Shown in pieces: positions 25,687 through 39,500 of a stretch of DNA of 64,000 nt. Origin of the DNA: Bigelowiella natans CCMP2755 (taxonomy: Eukaryota; Protista; Cercozoa); contig ADNK01000452.1 of NCBI GenBank assembly GCA_000320545.1, positions 8,261-72,260 on the forward strand, read 5' to 3'. The position numbers were made by a program, and so were the translations under genes. The first letter of the stretch is position 1. Each line of letters begins with the position of its first letter. The notes under the pieces are model-generated. The model made no database searches. It saw nothing but the letters and a program-made list of their open reading frames with translations, and was not told the DNA's origin.

Positions 25687-28600
25687 ATGAATCTCAGTAT
25701 CTTCGTGCTACTTGCTCTTCTTTCTCATGTTGGAGGAAATCGAGAAGTTATTCCTCACATTGATGAGAATACAAACCAGCAGCAAAGCGATGGCGTATTC
25801 AGTGAAGTTATAAAGTTGTTTTCTGCCCACACTCACTATCCGCATGGCCATACTCCCCACACCCATCGGCCGACATCCAAACCAAGTATGGCGCCCACCT
25901 CCACTTGCAATCCAACCACAGCGCCCTCTCACTCTCCAACGACTCTGGCTCCAGTAAGAATGCATAGCGAGTTTCGACCTGGTTTATAATATTTCTCTAC
26001 TCATTCTCACTTTTTTCTCTACTCATCCTACGACAGACGACTCGAACCCCAACCACTCTCCATCCCACGCAGAGTCCTTCCACGCTAACTCCGACGACAG
26101 GGAACCCAACAATGACCCCTACCACCTCTTTCTCTCCAACGACTCTGACCCCGGTAAGAATGCATAGCAAGTTTCAACTTGGTTGATAATATTTCTCTAC
26201 TTATTCTCATTTTTCTCTACTTATCCCACAACAGACGACTGGAGTCCCAACCACTCTCAATCCCACTCAGAGTCCACTCACATATTCCCCATCGACTCTT
26301 GCTCCCTCCTCAACGCCAACGTCTTTGTCTCCCACCACACTTGCTCCAAGTTGTAGTCCTACCACATCTGCCCCAAGTTGTAGCCCGTCGACCAGATCAC
26401 CATCTCAGACACCCTCGACAGCTAGCCCTTCAACCGTAACCCCAACCCAGACTCCCTCCACAGTCTCTCCTTCTCAAACACCAACGACGGCGTCCCCTGT
26501 CTCCATTGCTCCATCATGCACTCCAACCACTGGCACGCCATCAACATCAGCTCCCTCCTCCACGCCGACGTCTCTATCTCCCACTTCACTAGCTCCGTCA
26601 ACTTCCCCTACAACATCCTCGCCATCAAGTGTGCCTACGACACAGGCGCCAACCTCACTGGCCCCGTCAACTTCCCCAAAAACGTCCTCGCCATCGAGTG
26701 TGAATCCGACACAGACGCCAACCTCACTGGCGCCGACAAAAAGCCCTGGAACTGGAGCACCAAGTTGTTCACCGACCTCCAATTCTCCTACTACCTCGCC
26801 CTCTACCACCTCGCCCTCTACCTGCGCGCCATCCTCCCTAGCTCCAACATCATGCAGCCCTTCTACCACCTCGCCCTCTACCTGCGCGCCATCCTCCCTA
26901 GCTCCAACATCATGCAGCCCTTCTACCACCTCGCCCTCTACCTGCGCGCCATCCTCCCTAGCACCAACATCATGCAGCCCTTCATCACTCTCTCCGGTCA
27001 CGCTCAGTCCAACTATTTCTCCAGTCACTCTCGCGCCAACGACTTCACCTTCGAGCTGCAGCCCGGTTACCCGGTGTCCCACTTTCACGCGTAACCCAAC
27101 TACAACGCATCCGTCTACCTCGCCCACAACGCTTTCTCCGTCGCACACATACTACAAATCTGTGGGAGGGCGTGAGTTTTACTACATATCGCACATGGCT
27201 CTCGACTTCTGGCAGGCGAATAGGTTCTGTTTCGGTGTGTATCGGATGCAGCTGGCCAGTGTCCACAGCAACGCCGAAATGGATGCGCTAGCGGCAATTC
27301 GGGCAGGGGCACCGGACACTACAAACACCATGTAGCATCCTCACTCGTACACATACTTTCCAAAAACAGATATGCTCATGCGGCGTGCTGCTTTCCTCTC
27401 GTTCCATCCCTCCTCCCCACGCAACAGAACATATTCCTAACGAGCTTTGTCTTTAGGCTTGGAGCGATGCGGCTGGAGTTGGTTAAACCCTGGGTGTGGT
27501 TGGATGGCTCTCGATGGGACTTCACACGATGGGAGGGGCAACGTTTGGACAGTAGGAGTATAGTCTATACCCGCGGAAACCGAACGACCTGGACCAACGT
27601 ATGAGAGTAGCAGTAACAATAACATAGTAGTAATAGTAGATAGTAGCAGTAGTAGTAGTAGTAGTAGTAGTAGTAGATGTAGGGACGGTGATTTTATGGA
27701 GTAACGAATCGTTTACTGGAAGAACAAACAATATCTGTTGGCTGTGTCCCTGTGATCTAATACTTCCGGAGGTGTATATTCAATAGCTTTCTGTTCTTTC
27801 CCTTCCCACTTAATTTTCCGATTGAAATCTCCTCTCTCTTTCTACTTTCTGATTGGTCTGTCGTAATCGATACTCACTGTAGTCGGCGTCGAACCTCAAA
27901 GGAGGCTTCTTCTGCGCGACTCCAGCAACGCCACACCCGCGGTGTGGGACACGGTATGGTCAACAGGATAGATGAGCCAGTCACGGATCTCGGGCCGGGG
28001 GGGGGTTCGGGAGGAGGCGGGTTTAGGATTTTAATACGACGAAAAATGGATACCTTCTTCTGATTTTTGCTAAGTAATATTTGAGAACTGTAATTTAACT
28101 TTCCTTAGCTATAAAATCTCCAGCGATGGGAGCACGTACTCAGGCAACGAAACAAGCTCGCAACTTTGCCAGTTCTCAGTTCCCGGGAACGTTGTAAGTA
28201 GATGCAACGTGCAAGCCTGGGCGTATCCATAGATACGTGAGAGCGAGAAGGAGTTGGTAGGGAAGGGGAAAGGACTTGCTCATATTGTGCAAGTAACAGT
28301 TTCAAGTCAGTCTTGATAGTAAATACCCAACATTATTTCTTGCTCGGGTTGACAAAAATCGACGAATATTTGAGTAGAAATTCTTCATAAACACTGACGT
28401 ACCAAACATCCCTGAAATCTTTTTTCGTCACCCCTGCCCCAGATCGAGTTTTCTAGGCTGGAGTTGGCGCCTCAAAATAGCATTAAAGTGTACGAAGGTA
28501 ATCAAAATGAGGTCTTGCTTTGCGCTTACACGTAACCAACAAAAATACGAGGACTACACAAAATGTAACAAATTTGGAAGCTGTAGTTACTGACTCCATT

Positions 28601-29583
28601 CATGTTAACTACCTGTACTCCCGAAGATTTGTGTATGATCTAAGTTGAAATGCATGAACTCGGTGTGGTAGGCTGGGAGTTAATACTTACCATAGGAGCC
28701 ACAGCTTCGCTGCCCCTCTCCTTATCCAGCAAGTAGTGTGACTGCGTTTGTGTCGTTATCTACTCTTAATCAACCCTAGAATGGCAATGATGACGATGAT
28801 GATGTTGGCGATGACGACGACGACGACGATGATGATGATGATGATGATGATGAAGGAGAAATAAATTGGATAAGGCAAGGAAATAACATGCATGCAACGA
28901 CATCGTAGGTACGGAGTTTTCACAATTATATTGCAAGGAACAAGTAGCGGCACGGTGGAGTGGGAATTTTCGGTAAGGATGCCTGCTGCTAGAAGCGCGA
29001 AGCATATGCGTTGCACACACCGCATGGACACAGAGACCGACGGCGCACCAAGTCATCACCACCGCGAATCATCATTGCCATATATTTGTTCGGTCAGACC
29101 CGCGAGCGTACATTCCACCCCACGCTTACGCCAGTGACGAGAACCCCTAGTACAGCCTCTCCAACCATATCTCCGAGGACAAGAAGCCCTACTATCACGC
29201 GAAACCCCACCAGATTAACACGTCGGCCAACGAAATACCCAACGAAATACCCGACCCGCTGGCCAACGAAATACCCGACGAAATACCCGACGAAATACCC
29301 GACGAAATACCCGACCCGCCAGCCAACGAAAAACCCGACGAAATACCCGACGAAATACCCGACGAAATACCCGACGCATTATCCGAGCCGCAGCCCAACA
29401 TCCAAATCCCCGACCACTGCCCGTCCTTCAAAGTCACCCGCGACAGCGCATCCCGCGACAAGCGCCCCATCGCGGAGCCCGAGTAAGTATTAGCATTAGT
29501 AGTGGCTGGGTGGGAGAAGGCTGTGACAGGAGGCTAGTAGCGAGGTTCTGGTGTCGAATGTCTTTAACATCGTAAATATATTT

Positions 29584-29614
<31 letters not shown>

Positions 29615-30333
29615 GGTCAACCGAACTGTCTTCTATCTCTCCAGGCTTGTGTGTGATATGGTAGCTTTGAGCAGTACCCATATTTCTGATCATAGAGTGC
29701 ATAAAATATGTTTCGCTCCCCGCTTAAGTGAGACTCACATGCGGTCTTCCTATGATCCTGCATCCCTGACTCTATGCTATCATCGTCGTTCGATCAGGTA
29801 CGTCTAGCCCGAGCTGCTCTCCCACAACATATTCGCCGACGTCCCTCGCGCCGACGACATTGTCTCCGAGAACCACAGTCCCAACCATCACTTGCAACCC
29901 CACCACGCTAACACCAACACACTGTCCTCACGTGGACACGTCGGTGGTGGTGGTGGCCTGGGGTGATAGGAGCTACGGCGCAGCAATAGCACCGGAGACT
30001 GCAAATCGGCTCTCCCAAGGGATGGGTCCCGTGCAGATGTTCTCCGGCGCCATTGGATACGTCGCAGAACTGCAAAATGGGGATGTAGTCTCGTGGGGAG
30101 ATCCTGGGCAGAGGGAAAATTGGAAGATGCCACCGTTTGCTGTGGCTGAGCTGAAAAGGACGGCTGGTGCTTCTGCCCGCGCCCTCCAAGAGGTCCATGG
30201 TAATGAACGAGGGTTCATAGGAGTCTCGCCTTCTAGAAAAGGTCGTAGTGGAAAGGCACGCTTGCTCTTGCTCATATTCACGGGAAAGTTCCACTTATTT
30301 TCTCTCTCGCTTTCATACTCCCTCTCTCTCTAA

Positions 30334-30374
<41 letters not shown>

Positions 30375-31113
30375 TATTTATTTATATCGAACGCTACCAA
30401 TGCTAACTTTGTACTGTGTTTGCTCAGCCGTGTTCTGGGGTAATGCAACCGTGCTTGCTGATGTGCGCCGGGCTAATAATTTCTCTAGCGTGTTTTACAA
30501 CGCCGCGACCGTGGCTGCTACTACTCGTGCATTTGTTGTGGTCACCAACACCTCGGGAACAAAAGTTTATGCCTTTGGCGACAAGGGCTTCGGCGGCGAT
30601 CTTCCGAGTGCTGGCAGGGCGTTGATGGAGCGACTAGGTCAGTGCCGCGATTGTCAGCTAGCGTCTTCGAACAATAGTGCGCTCCGAGACTCCTGATGCT
30701 GCAGAGCTACCAATGTGTTTGGAGAAGCGAGCGCATACCGTTTAGAGAGAGAAGGGAAATCGAGAGAGAAAAACCTTTCTTATATGTGATCCAGCATCTC
30801 TCGGAGAAAGCATGCATGATCTGCGGGCTCATGAGTATGATTGCATGGCCGTGGTGGCGTTTTGCTTTGCTGTGTCCTGCACACCTTTACATCCTTTTCA
30901 CCTCTAGGTGTTCGCGAGATTGCAACCGTATCGCATGCGTTCGCCGCTCTTCTGAAAGACGGGACGGTCGTTTGTTGGGGCGCCAAACAACACGGAGGCG
31001 TAGTTCCCTTCGGCATCCTCACAGAACTTACGAGTGTAACCAGTATTGTCGGCACGACAAGTGTGCTGGATGACCTGTTCGAAAGCTTCTCAGCACTTCG
31101 GAGCGACGGTGAA

Positions 31114-31173
<60 letters not shown>

Positions 31174-34100
31174 CGGTGTGTGTCGGTGTCCCTGCTACGC
31201 TTGACCTTTGCATTTTTGTTATCCCCCGATATGGCGCGCAGGCAAGGTGTATAGCTGGGGCGATTACAGTTCCGACGGTGGTGGCAACATCGGTCTAGTC
31301 TTGGAGCCATCATCACCCCTCTTTTACGCACCTTATTCATTCGATGCTGAGACTTCCATAGAACTCGGAATTCAATTAGGAAATTCGAGCTGTACCCAAG
31401 AGTACTCACGCATCTTTTCGGTGTGGGTCTTTGTCGACGCGTCGCCTCCCCCATCATCGTATGCAGTAGTGTTACGATATGGGAGCTTCGGAATCTCCCT
31501 GAATGCTAATCGGGATCTATGTTTGTTTGACAATGGGACGTATTACGCGTTGCCTCCGCGGCGCGTACCCCTCAGTACATGGACGCATGTCGCCGTGAGT
31601 GCAAAGTAATATGCTCGTTATTCAAAAAGATATACACCACACAAGCGTGTGCACTCAGCAAGTATAAATACCTGAAGCCCGTCCTCGCGAGGAGGAGATG
31701 CTCATTCCCTCAGCATTCCCTCAGTCGTCGTTTTCATCCCATTCCACTTTCGAGAGAGCAACGGCGTGGCGTGGTGTGGTGACATGATACGACTTGGTTC
31801 ACCAGCATTGATCTATTTGTAACCAGTCATTTTCTTAATATTTATTTCCTATTGGCTCAGATTCCCATGCGACAACACCTCGTCCCAAGCTGCATCGCCA
31901 ATGGACGCCGTTCCCCGTCCCGACAATCATTTTTGCTTTGTCTCCTGCAACTTGTTCGACACGCATGGGAGCAGTGTTCTTACGTTGCACAACGGAGTGC
32001 GATGCGTAGAAGGTGTCGGGATGACGTTCGATGGTCAAAACGACTACGTCTCTCTTCCTGACTCCGCATTTGGCGCTCCATTTTCAATCGCAGTGTGGGC
32101 AAAATTTGACTCATTCCGAAGATGGTCGCGTATCTTCACTTTTTTCTCCTCCGCTGCCAATAACATGATAGAGGTGGGCAATCGCGACACCACAAATCAG
32201 CTGTTCGCTAGAGTCCTAAAGGGGTCGTCACAACAATCATATTTCAATGTGCCTACGATCAACACCAACGTGTTCTACCACTTTGTTATGAGTTGCTCGG
32301 CATCTTCGTGCTCCTTTTATATGGACGGCACGCCCCTCAGCACTATAACTATAGCGACGCCTGCTGTCACCCGAAAAGTATGGCTGGGAAGGTCTGTAGG
32401 AGATACACAAAGCGAGAGCAGCACACACAAACACAGAGAGAGGGGAGTGGGGAGAGGCGGGGGAGGAGACAAGCAGGCAATTAGGAACACGGTAATGACC
32501 CAAACCCTCATGCAACCGTCTACCGCCAAATTATTTGTCAGGAGCGCTTATTCTCGAGACCAATACTTCAAGGGAGTGATAAAGGAGTTCACGATCTGGA
32601 AATCTGTAGCTCTGACGCAGGCACATGTCTCCGTTCTGTACGCCCCAACGCTATCGGGGACCTGCTCCCACGCTCCCAAAACTGCGGTATACATCAACGG
32701 TGCAGGTGGAGACGTCGATGTTTTGTCGACACATGGAGGCTCGGTTCCCTCTATCACCCTCTCTTCTCCGCCTTCCATCTCTACCAGTGCAGACGCGGAG
32801 GGGAGGGGGGCAGGAGGTATACTCTTCGTTGGCGGCGGGTCATTGGTAGGCAATGTCGGATGGGCGCAGGTGTTCGCGGGCGAGCTTTCCTCCCCTTTCT
32901 TATCGTCGCTCCTTGCACAGAGAGCTGCTGCAAGTAGCGTGGCGTCAAATGTTGCTTCGATAGTAGCTGCATCAGATCTGTCTTTCGCCGGGACAACAAC
33001 ATCCGGGGGGCTCTTGGCGTGGGGAGTGCCCACACATGGGGGCGCAGTACCAGGGGATGTGCAGAGCAGTATAGCCGGGTCGTTGGTCAAGGAGGTGGTC
33101 GCGGGTTGGGCATCATTTGCGGTTCTCACGAATGGGGGAGCTGTCAAGGCTTGGGGGTAAGGCAAAGTGTGCAGCGAGCAAAACATGAACGCTCTATTTT
33201 TCGATCTTCATTCTTGCTTCACAGACACTGAGTGGGCGGAAGAGGGGAAGCCAGGGCGGGTTGTAGAGATGAGAGCATATTGATTGGGCGATGTACATCT
33301 AACTCTTGAAAATTGCACTATACAAACAGGTATGGTAATCCTGCATCAATCCCCCAGAATCTGAGCTCAGTCGTTGCTTCCAGCGTCCGGGAGATCGTTT
33401 CAAACGGATACGCATTTGCTGCCATCACAAACACAGGACGCGTGGTGACTTGGGGGGACGACGATCTGGGAGGCAATAGCTCGCTCGTCGCAGAGCAACT
33501 GCTTTCCGGAGTGACGAAAATAAACCCCGGGACGTTCTCCTTTTCCGCCCTCAAGGGAAACAACGGGGGAGTTGTCAGCTGGGGGAACGTGCACTGCGGC
33601 GGGTGTGTCCTCCTTCATTTCGTTTATCTCATTAGTCATAGTTTCGACGATTCCTCAATAATCTCAGTGATGATGAACACGTTATCTTCTCTCCTCTTCC
33701 CACTCCTTCCTGCTGCTGCTCACACATATCCTCATGCATTATCCTTGGTTTCAGATACAGTAGAGACGTTCCGGTGAGTGAGGGTGTGTACTTCCTAGCT
33801 TCTGTGCGCGGTAAGAAATGTGGATCGATGGTCGCTGTGAGGTGGATATACACGACTTCCCCCACATCTTGCAGCCCGACTACCTTGTCGCCTTCGACAA
33901 TATCTCCAACAACGCTTTCCCCCTCGACAGCCTCTCCCGCCACAAAGAGTCCCAGTACGATGTCTCCCTCAAGTTCATCTCCCACCACAATCTCGCCCTC
34001 CACGGAGTCTCCAACTTCGAACTCGCCTTCAACCTTATCGCCCTCGACACTCTCACCATCGACAGTTATGCCAACCACGGGTGTCCCGAGCTGCACTCCT

Positions 34101-35517
34101 ACAACTCTTTCGCCGGTAACAAAAGCGCCGACGTACGGCCCGCCAGTACTTCTCAGGGTATTTCTCTCTGCGGATCTGACGACCCTGCATCTCAAATTCG
34201 AGAAGGACACAAATCAACCGCCAATATCGGGATGCCCAGACGTTCTCGACAGTTTCTCCCTCTCGCGGGTAGGTGCGGCAGCCAGCTGCGCATGGCTTCA
34301 GGCTGACACGATCCTAGTGTTCTTGGGCTCTGGCTTCTCGTTGCTCATCGGCGACGAAATCGGAGTGCTGGGGAATATCTTAAGGGACGCGACCGGGAAT
34401 TCCCCACCCAACCCCCCCTCCTCGAAGCCCACTGAGCGACCGAGATATGGCCTGCAGAAGCCCGTCGCGATAATAGTGGGGCCAGGGATGGTGGGTGATT
34501 GTGATGTGTTCTCGATTGACGCCTCGCCCTCCAAGTATAGCTACGGAAGGGAGTTCCACTCCGTCGCATGGCAATACGAGGGCCCCGACGCGAATGTGGG
34601 CGATCTCGTGCAGGCTTCGACACTCCTTTCCAGCAGTACATCATTACAGTTTTCGGGCCTTAATTTCACATCAGGCCGGCATGTGTTCTCGGTGTACCTG
34701 CAAAACTGGCTGGGAGACTCGGGAAACGGCACCTTCATTCTAACAAAAATCGATGGGATCATTCCTGAGGTCTTCATTCCTTCTCCAAACTTCATCACTA
34801 TCAAAGCATCTCAGCTAACAGTAATCAGAGCACAGGCGTACGCGCCATGCGGCGATCCTCGATTTAGGATGAAGGCAAAATGGTCACAGCTGGGACCTAG
34901 CTCCCCCAATCTTGAGCCACTCGCCGTTCAGTATGGCACCATTATCAACACTGTCACGTCCTCGCCAGTGCACATCCCGAATGCTGAGAAGATTGCGTTG
35001 TTCTTACCCGCGCACACCTTAGAGAGCGGAGGCGTCTATGCGCTTGTGCTGACAATTTCGGCCTTTCTCAAAGAGGTATATATGCTGTGTAATAGTGTTG
35101 GTGAGGTCAACTGAGGACTCAAACTTCATTGTTTGACGAGGTGCTGCGAATATGCTTGTATGTTGTTTTATAAAGAGATGATGTGCTATCTGATAATGCG
35201 CGCACCTTTTTAGGAGCCCGTTGGGGTCAGCAATTCGACGATCGTGATCAAGTGCGCTGCAGAGACTCCTCGGCCTGTCATCAAAGGCGGGATCGAACGC
35301 ACAGTCTACATCCCAGACGGAGGCTTTCATTTGTTGGATGGTACAGCAAGCTTAGAGTCTGTATCACCCCATCGTCAACCGTACTTTCGATGGTCGATAA
35401 GCTTGTGTTCGGGGGAAAGAAGTTGTAACACAGAGGTCATCGCATGGGCGAACGTGACTTCAGTCAAAATCCTCAGTGGCATCCTCATCCCTAACGAAAG
35501 GTAATAGCTAGTCAACG

Positions 35518-35600
<83 letters not shown>

Positions 35601-36258
35601 CATGCTACTACGCACGCGCACTCACGTACCGCCCGTTAAAATATCGCGTATACTATATCTTTGTCACTGGGAAACAGGTACCGGGTGACGCTCAATCTCA
35701 CCACCTGGGATGGGCTGCAGAGTGTCTCCGCACACCAATCGTTGCTGATAAGCTCCGTTCCAGTCCCGAACATCGAACTACGCCGTGTCCTCGGCGGCGA
35801 CCCCAACGCATTGGTATTCGGTTCCGCGAATCCCAGAGAAAAGGTCTCTCTTTTCACCTTCGTTGCCCCTCCAGGCGACAGCAATCAAAGCGATTCAAGC
35901 GGGCTCGAGATCAGCCACTCAAGGTATTCGTGCCGTAGTAATCCAGGCCTACTGGTAGAGTCAACGGAGAACGTGCTCTCGAAGACTGAAAACATCACTG
36001 CGTTGGTTATCGCCCCAAACGTTTTGGTTCCCGGGCGAACTTACGAGTTCCGATTTCAAGCGTGGAACTCCAAGGGAGGAATGGCTAGCAGCACGGTCGA
36101 GGTCGTGATGAACTCTTCTCCGAGACTTGGACACTGTGGAAGTCTGCCCCAGGCTGGTCTCAGCATGAAAACGCGCTTTCGACTCTGGTGCCGTGATTGG
36201 AGCGACGCCGACGAGCCACTGATGTAATAAGTAGCGGAGCACGATAGAATATCAATGG

Positions 36259-36294
<36 letters not shown>

Positions 36295-36471
36295 TTCTTA
36301 TTTATGCTTGCGTTGCTCTGATTTTACAACGACCATTAAAGGTACAAGTTCCAAGACGTAACGGGACCCCTTGGAATGGACATGTGCGAGTCGCAGCTCC
36401 TCAACTATTTTGATACCTTATTGTAATAATTAAAACACCACCTTTTGTTTGATTTTGTATCGATGCGTGAG

Positions 36472-36547
<76 letters not shown>

Positions 36548-39500
36548 GAGGATACAAAGAGTTAATGTAGTATACGTGTTATTTTCTCTGGCACCTGAAT
36601 TTATTTCGCCTGAAAGGTTTACTTCCTCGTCGGCAAAGGAGCGAAAAGTGCGAGGAATAGTTTCCGATTCTCTGGGTGCAGCAGCGTCTTCGGAGTTCGT
36701 CGTCCAGGTGTTGCCGACGGAAATTGATTACGCAGAGGGCCAGGATGTGCTCTCACAAAAGCTGGAGAATGGGGACGTGACAGGCTACGCCCTCTATTTC
36801 CGTGCGATGGCGGTTAGTTCTAACAGCCTCCAGCTGATGCCATCATCCCCCGCTCAGAACCACGAGGAGCAAATTGATAGATTCTCCGAGATTCGTTTCA
36901 ATCTTACCAAGGATATCCAGGCGCTCTTGAATGGCCTGACTGATGTCGGGGTAGAGGAGAGCGTGAACACGCCTCTAGAGCTCCTCGCCTCTGCAACCGA
37001 CTTCGACGACAGCAGCCCGGAGATCCTCAATCAAGAAACGAAGCAGCTAGCGGTTGGGATAGTGAAGAATATGTCGAAAGACATTCTCTTCACGCCAGAG
37101 GCAATGAGCGCTGCCACAAACATCTTAGGCAATGTCGCAGCATCGCTCGCCAATCAGAGCATCACTGGAGATGGCTCAGCTTGGGAGGAAGTGACTGAGA
37201 TGGCCGCAGAGCTCGAAGAGACGAGTTTGAATATCACACAGCAACTAGCCGACAGTCTTCTCGAGGGAGAAGCAAACGCCGACATCGTCACCCCTCGTGC
37301 TACTCTGCTGGCCCTTCGCGTTGCCCCTGGGCAGCTTCAGGGTTCCCAGTTGACTTCCGAATCATCTGCGAGTCTGAAGGTACAGATTCTCACGGATGCG
37401 CAGGGGTTGGGCGGAGAACAGCTGACACCGCAACAATCTATTAGCGCAAAGGTTGTATGGTTCAAGACCTCGTTGTATCGTTCAAATCAGAGCAGCGATG
37501 GCAACGAAGTTGATGGAGGGAACGAAGGTGTTATGTCTGTGAAACTCAGTCAGGCTGGGAGTGATGTCAAGGTCAACGGTAGCGAGGATGCTTTCTACAT
37601 CTCGATGCCGATTCAACCGGTAACGTCCGGGTCCGCAAATGTGAGGTGCAAATACTGGTCGCCTGAGGAAATGGAGTGGCGGCACGATGGAGTCGCATTC
37701 GCAAATTTTTCCTCATCGGCAGAAGGGACAGGAGTCAGCAACCAAAACGATTCTGCCCGTTCCGGAGCTGTATGCAGCGCAAAGCATTTGACCGCCTTTA
37801 GCGTATCAGTTAACACGTTCTCTGCATCTGACGTTCAAGCCGACGCATTTTCCTTCGCAAATCCAGTGACTATTTTCTCTACAACGCTGCTGCTCATTGC
37901 GATCTTTGCGCTGGGCCCCGCGCTTCTTTATGACTCATGGCTGAGGGCATCGCGCGGAAATGAATCGTCAGAAGCGTTTTGGCGCAAATCAAACATGATA
38001 ATGGAGGAAAGATTCACAAGGCAGCGTTCGTGGCATCGATTTTGGCGTTCAGTCAAGTGGAGCTTCCGCCGAAAACACGTGTGGACATCGATCTTTCTAC
38101 GGCATCCAGGCGACCACATGACCTCAGCGAAGAGAGTTGTTGTGCTCATTGTCCTACTGTTCAACACCATGATGTTGTGTGCGCTATTACTCGACCAGGA
38201 GCAGCAAATACTTTTCTTTTCTGCAGACACTTCTGCCGCCTTGGTGGCGATGTTCCTTGCGTTTCCAGTGCCCTATGTCCTTTTGAATCTGTACTCCCGC
38301 AAAACCCCATCTTCTTACTATGTCAAACTTGATTACGCTATGTACTCCGGATGGGTGCAGTTGTTAATCACGTGCTTCTCGTTGTTCTCTGGTGAGCTGG
38401 CTTCATTAGAGCTGGCCGAGAATGAAGATGATGAGGAGGATGATGATTTCGAGCTTGATGAGGGAGAAGATGAAGAAGAGAATGATGATGGAGAGGGAGA
38501 TTTGGGGAGGAGAGAGGAGGAGGACGATGAGGACGGAGATGGAGAGGTTTCACTAATCTCAAGCATTAGTCTGATCTTGTTGTGCATGATTTGATGTTGT
38601 TACTTCTCTTCGAATTGGATAGCACTCACCAGCCTTTAATGTTATTTTTTTCAATGATATGTCAGGACAATGGAGATACCTCAAGCGACGAGGATGAGAA
38701 AAAAGTAGAGATTGTTCACAGGCCGCAACAAACTGGAACTAACGTAGCTGCCAATCAAAATGTGGATTATATTCACAGGGAAAAACTCAACAAGTCAGAA
38801 TTCGACGTTGAGGAATCCAACAGGTCGAGCTACGGGACAAAAGGTGTCGTTTCTCCACACGCCATCGGTGCAGCCGCTGGTGCAATCGCAGCTGCTGAGT
38901 TGGCGGGGGATCGCAAAAAACAACAGCTAAGGCCCCATGGATATGCTGATTTCACAACATCATCAAGTCAGACGACTCAACCGCTGCATCTCTCGGAATC
39001 GGATGCGAGTGAGAGTAACGGCTCAAAACGCACACAACACATACGTAGCATTCAGCTAGCTAGGACGCTGGTCTTAGGCCCGGAAGATATCAAGCTTAAG
39101 GAGAGTGGTGCAAATCTAGTGACAGACTCTCTCAAAGATGCGTCTTCTGCCAAAGACTACGACAGCCCGTCAGTATTAATCTCGGGTATTCCAGGCTCGA
39201 CGATGCATCACCAAGGCATTGGGCCTCGACCAGTGCTTAGCCGGAGTATGTCTCGACCAAATCTTGGCCGGGGAAGGTCTCGACTAAGGCTCAGCCGGGG
39301 AAAGTCTCGACTAAATCTTGCCCGGGGAAAGTCTCGACTAAACCTTGCCCGGGGAAAGTCTCGACTAAACCTTGCCCGGGGAAAGTCTCGACTAAGGTTG
39401 CGGCGTATGGTGAGCTCTGCAGACATGGTGGGAACGACGATGGGGACTATTCGTCACTTGGAGGACGATAAGGGCGGCAAGCACGACGTAGACACGCACA

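Noticed and set aside
26795-26985. Regular 60-bp repeats resembling a CRISPR array
   Set aside because: There are no unique spacers; it is an in-frame coding repeat in a eukaryotic gene.
26474-27148. 224-aa antisense Gly/Val/Glu-rich ORF
   Set aside because: It is the mirror of the Ser/Pro/Thr repeat exon on the + strand.
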